Of a stretch of DNA of 64,000 nucleotides, positions 61,643-64,000 are shown piece by piece. Each line of letters starts with the position of its first letter. The first letter of the stretch is position 1. The notes beneath the pieces were generated by a model. That model ran no database searches and had not been told where the DNA came from. It was given only the letters and a program-made list of their open reading frames with translations. A program made the position numbers and the translations under genes. The stretch comes from Clostridia bacterium (lineage in GTDB: Bacteria; Bacillota; Clostridia; JAAYHZ01). Location of the stretch: the NCBI GenBank assembly GCA_050950825.1, contig JBMNIH010000007.1:243263-307262 (forward strand), written 5' to 3'.

Positions 61643-62241
61643 TCTCCATAATTAGGGGGTCAAACCGGTAGTCGTACATTTTTCTTCTGCTGCCTATTTC
61701 TACGATTGTCTTTTTCTTACCTGTATCGATTTGAATAACTACGGTAAATTCCGTATAGGTCTCCGGCTCGTCCCGATGCTTATACTTTTCTTTGCTGTAC
61801 TTATTGACGACCACACCCTCCCACATAGGTCACTTGGCTTTTCGCAGCCTTATCAGATTAAAGATCAGCATGACAAAAGAAAGACCCGCACTGATGATCA
61901 CCGCTTCGTTGAAAGGCATATCTTCCACCGGCAAACCGGCGACGGGAAAACCGATTTTAGGTCTTCGAACGTCAATAAGTAAAAATGCTTGGGGTTGTAT
62001 AATTTTCACTAACTTAATTAATTATTTGTCATATACGGTACATACGGAATTGATATAATATATATCATGATTCTACTGCAAAAACTCAAGTAAATCTATA
62101 CAATTAATGTACCTAGAAAATTTCATAAAAGGCTCTTAAAAAGCCTCGAAACACTTGAAAACACTAGACTTGAGTCAGGTTTTATGGTAAAATAGATATG
62201 TTTCATTAATCCATATTTTGAATTTTCCGGAGATATATTTT

Positions 62242-63830
62242 ATGTTCAGAGCAAACGATTCACATAAACAACAACCGATTTTCTCAAGTCTCGATTGGAT
62301 GCATGAAAAAGCACGCGAAAGATTTAAAAAATCTTGGGCACCTGTATTCTATGAACATGTATTTTGCCATATCAACGAAGAACCTTTTGCGAAATTGTAC
62401 AGCAAGACAGGCAGACCGAATACACCTGTGAATATATTGCTGTCTTTGGAATATATCAAGTATATGAAAGATCTGAATGATCAAGATCTTTTGGATTCCC
62501 TATATCTTGATTATCAAACGACTTATGCCGTCGGAGGGAAAACGCTTGGCGAGATTTACATATCGGAAAGAACGCTGTATTACTTTCGGGAAAGAGTATA
62601 TGAATATTTGACGGAGCATCCCGAGGACGAAAACCTCTTATTCGGTCAATTCATAGAGTTACTGAGGAATTTTGCGAAACTGACGGGAACCTCGCTCGAC
62701 GAACAAAGAACCGATACGACCATGTTCGTAAGCAATATCAAGAAAGCGGGTCGATTGGCATTGGCTTACGACGTATTGGAGAAAGGGGTAAAAGCCATTC
62801 CGAAAGAACAAAGACCCGAATCAATGGGGAAGGTTCTTGAAAAGGATTTCAAAACCGAAATGCTGCATAAGGTAAGAACCGTCGATACGGAAAGCAGGCT
62901 TACGACGCTTTTGTCTATGAGCGCGGAAGCTCTCAAGATATTGAAGGAACTGCCCGACAAGAAAGAATCGGACGAAGTTCGCATACTGGAACGGTTCATC
63001 AAAGAACAGTCGGAGACCGATAAAAACGGTAACCTTGTACCGAAGAAGAGCAAAGAAATCTCGTCCGATTCGCTTCAATCCGCCTATGACGAGGACGCCA
63101 CCTATCGAAAGAAAGGCAATAAAGGGCAAAGCGGCTATGTACTTGAGGTATCGGAAACCTGCTCGAAAGACAACAAAGTTCAATTGATTACCGATTACGC
63201 CGTTAAGCCCAACATTGTAAGCGACAAAGAAATATTAAGCGGGCGAATCCGAAAGGTCAAAGAAAACACCGGATGTACCGACATGTACATAGACGGAGGT
63301 TTTTCACTCGGAAGATGTTTACAAAGCCGCGGAAGCCAATGATGTCCAAATTCATTTGACGGACATGTGCGGACGGAAGCCGTCGGACAAGATCTCGGTG
63401 AGTGAGTTTGAAATAAAAGAAGAAACGGGATTGATTGAAAAAATGCCCTGCGGGTCATATGCCTTTCCGATCGGTTAGAGCGAAAGGACAATTGGTGGCA
63501 TACTTCGAAACAGATGTTTGTCTGCAATGCGAGCATTTTAACAGATGCTACAGCAAGCAACAGAACAAAAACTGTGTGGTGAGAATCAGTGAAAAAGCAA
63601 TGGAAACCGCAAGGAAACGAGAAGAAATACCCACTTGCAGGAAGGAAAATGTTAGTAAGAGAGCGGGAATCGAAGGAACCGTTTCGGCGTTGAAACGCAC
63701 AGGACTGAATAATATGAAGGTACGCGGTTTGATTAAATCAACCGTTGTATGCGGATTCTTATCAATGGCGCAGAACATAAAACGAGTTATCAAATTTTTG
63801 CAAGGCGGATATGCAAAAGTAACAACTTGA
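62242..63830 (+). pseudogene. DDE transposase (IS1182/IS5-like, family uncertain) with two +1 indels
   Basis: GRPNTPV, RTDTT, SLQSAYDEDATYRKK, YIDGG, RAGIEGTVSALKR, VRGL; extra T in 63300-63304 and extra A in 63438-63443. Confidence 0.82.
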
Positions 63831-64000
63831 CAAACAAAAGGGATTATTGTGCCTTTTATTAGGCAAAAGGTAAAAAAACACATGAAAACTACCTCGATTT
63901 GATATCGAATCGAGGTAGCTGATACCCAAATTCGGGACGTTTTATCGCAATTGAATACCATAAATTGGATTTTATTATGTCATTAGTGTAATTTTACGAG

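Larger units (their letters stand above)
60307..61667 (+). mobile_element. IS3-family element (1,361 bp) with 4-bp TSD GTAG
   Basis: IRs CTATTTAGCCCCCTAAT / ATTAGGGGGTCAAACCG; GTAG at 60303-60306 and 61668-61671. Confidence 0.92.
60144..61950 (-). pseudogene. Membrane/zinc-finger hypothetical gene split by IS3 and carrying a nonsense codon
   Basis: ...LRKAK*PMWEGVV...RRKMYDY | LSVGDRVRYHP...YCNICC..NDRCKRC rejoin when the IS is removed. Confidence 0.75.

Noticed and set aside
62112-64000. Terminal inverted repeats for the last transposase (CCTAGAAAATTTCA vs window end TGTAATTTTACGAG)
   Set aside because: Only a partial match and the right flank is outside the window, so no TSD can be checked

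Overview
Bacterial chromosomal window that reads like a Clostridia-type Bacillota (inferred from gene content, sigma-A promoters and RBS style). About 1-35,535 is mostly housekeeping: TetR plus ABC exporter, flavodiiron protein, tsaE-tsaB-rimI-uvrC, tig-clpP-clpX, uppP-tsaD-mrp, nnr, the NdoAI/NdoA toxin-antitoxin pair, birA, decarboxylase-tmk-darA-holB-ricT-rlmD. An AT-richer accessory region starts at the 3' end of rlmD. It holds a 2.4-kb serine-recombinase mini-element bounded by a second copy of the rlmD 3' end, a defence block (McrBC, an unknown Cys-rich gene, an HsdS-like subunit and a nuclease-methyltransferase fusion), an XRE/ImmA-type regulator pair, an interrupted SNF2 gene, and several IS elements and pseudogenes. 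The most unusual object is a head-to-tail 2 x 2,473-bp element encoding a tyrosine recombinase plus an IS91-type HUH transposase. Its junction folds into a long attC-like hairpin with an ATT core, and its junction motif (ATTRTAYCAAA) is the reverse complement of an extended -10 promoter box. No rRNA, tRNA or CRISPR array was recognised. All calls come from reading motifs by eye; no searches were run.
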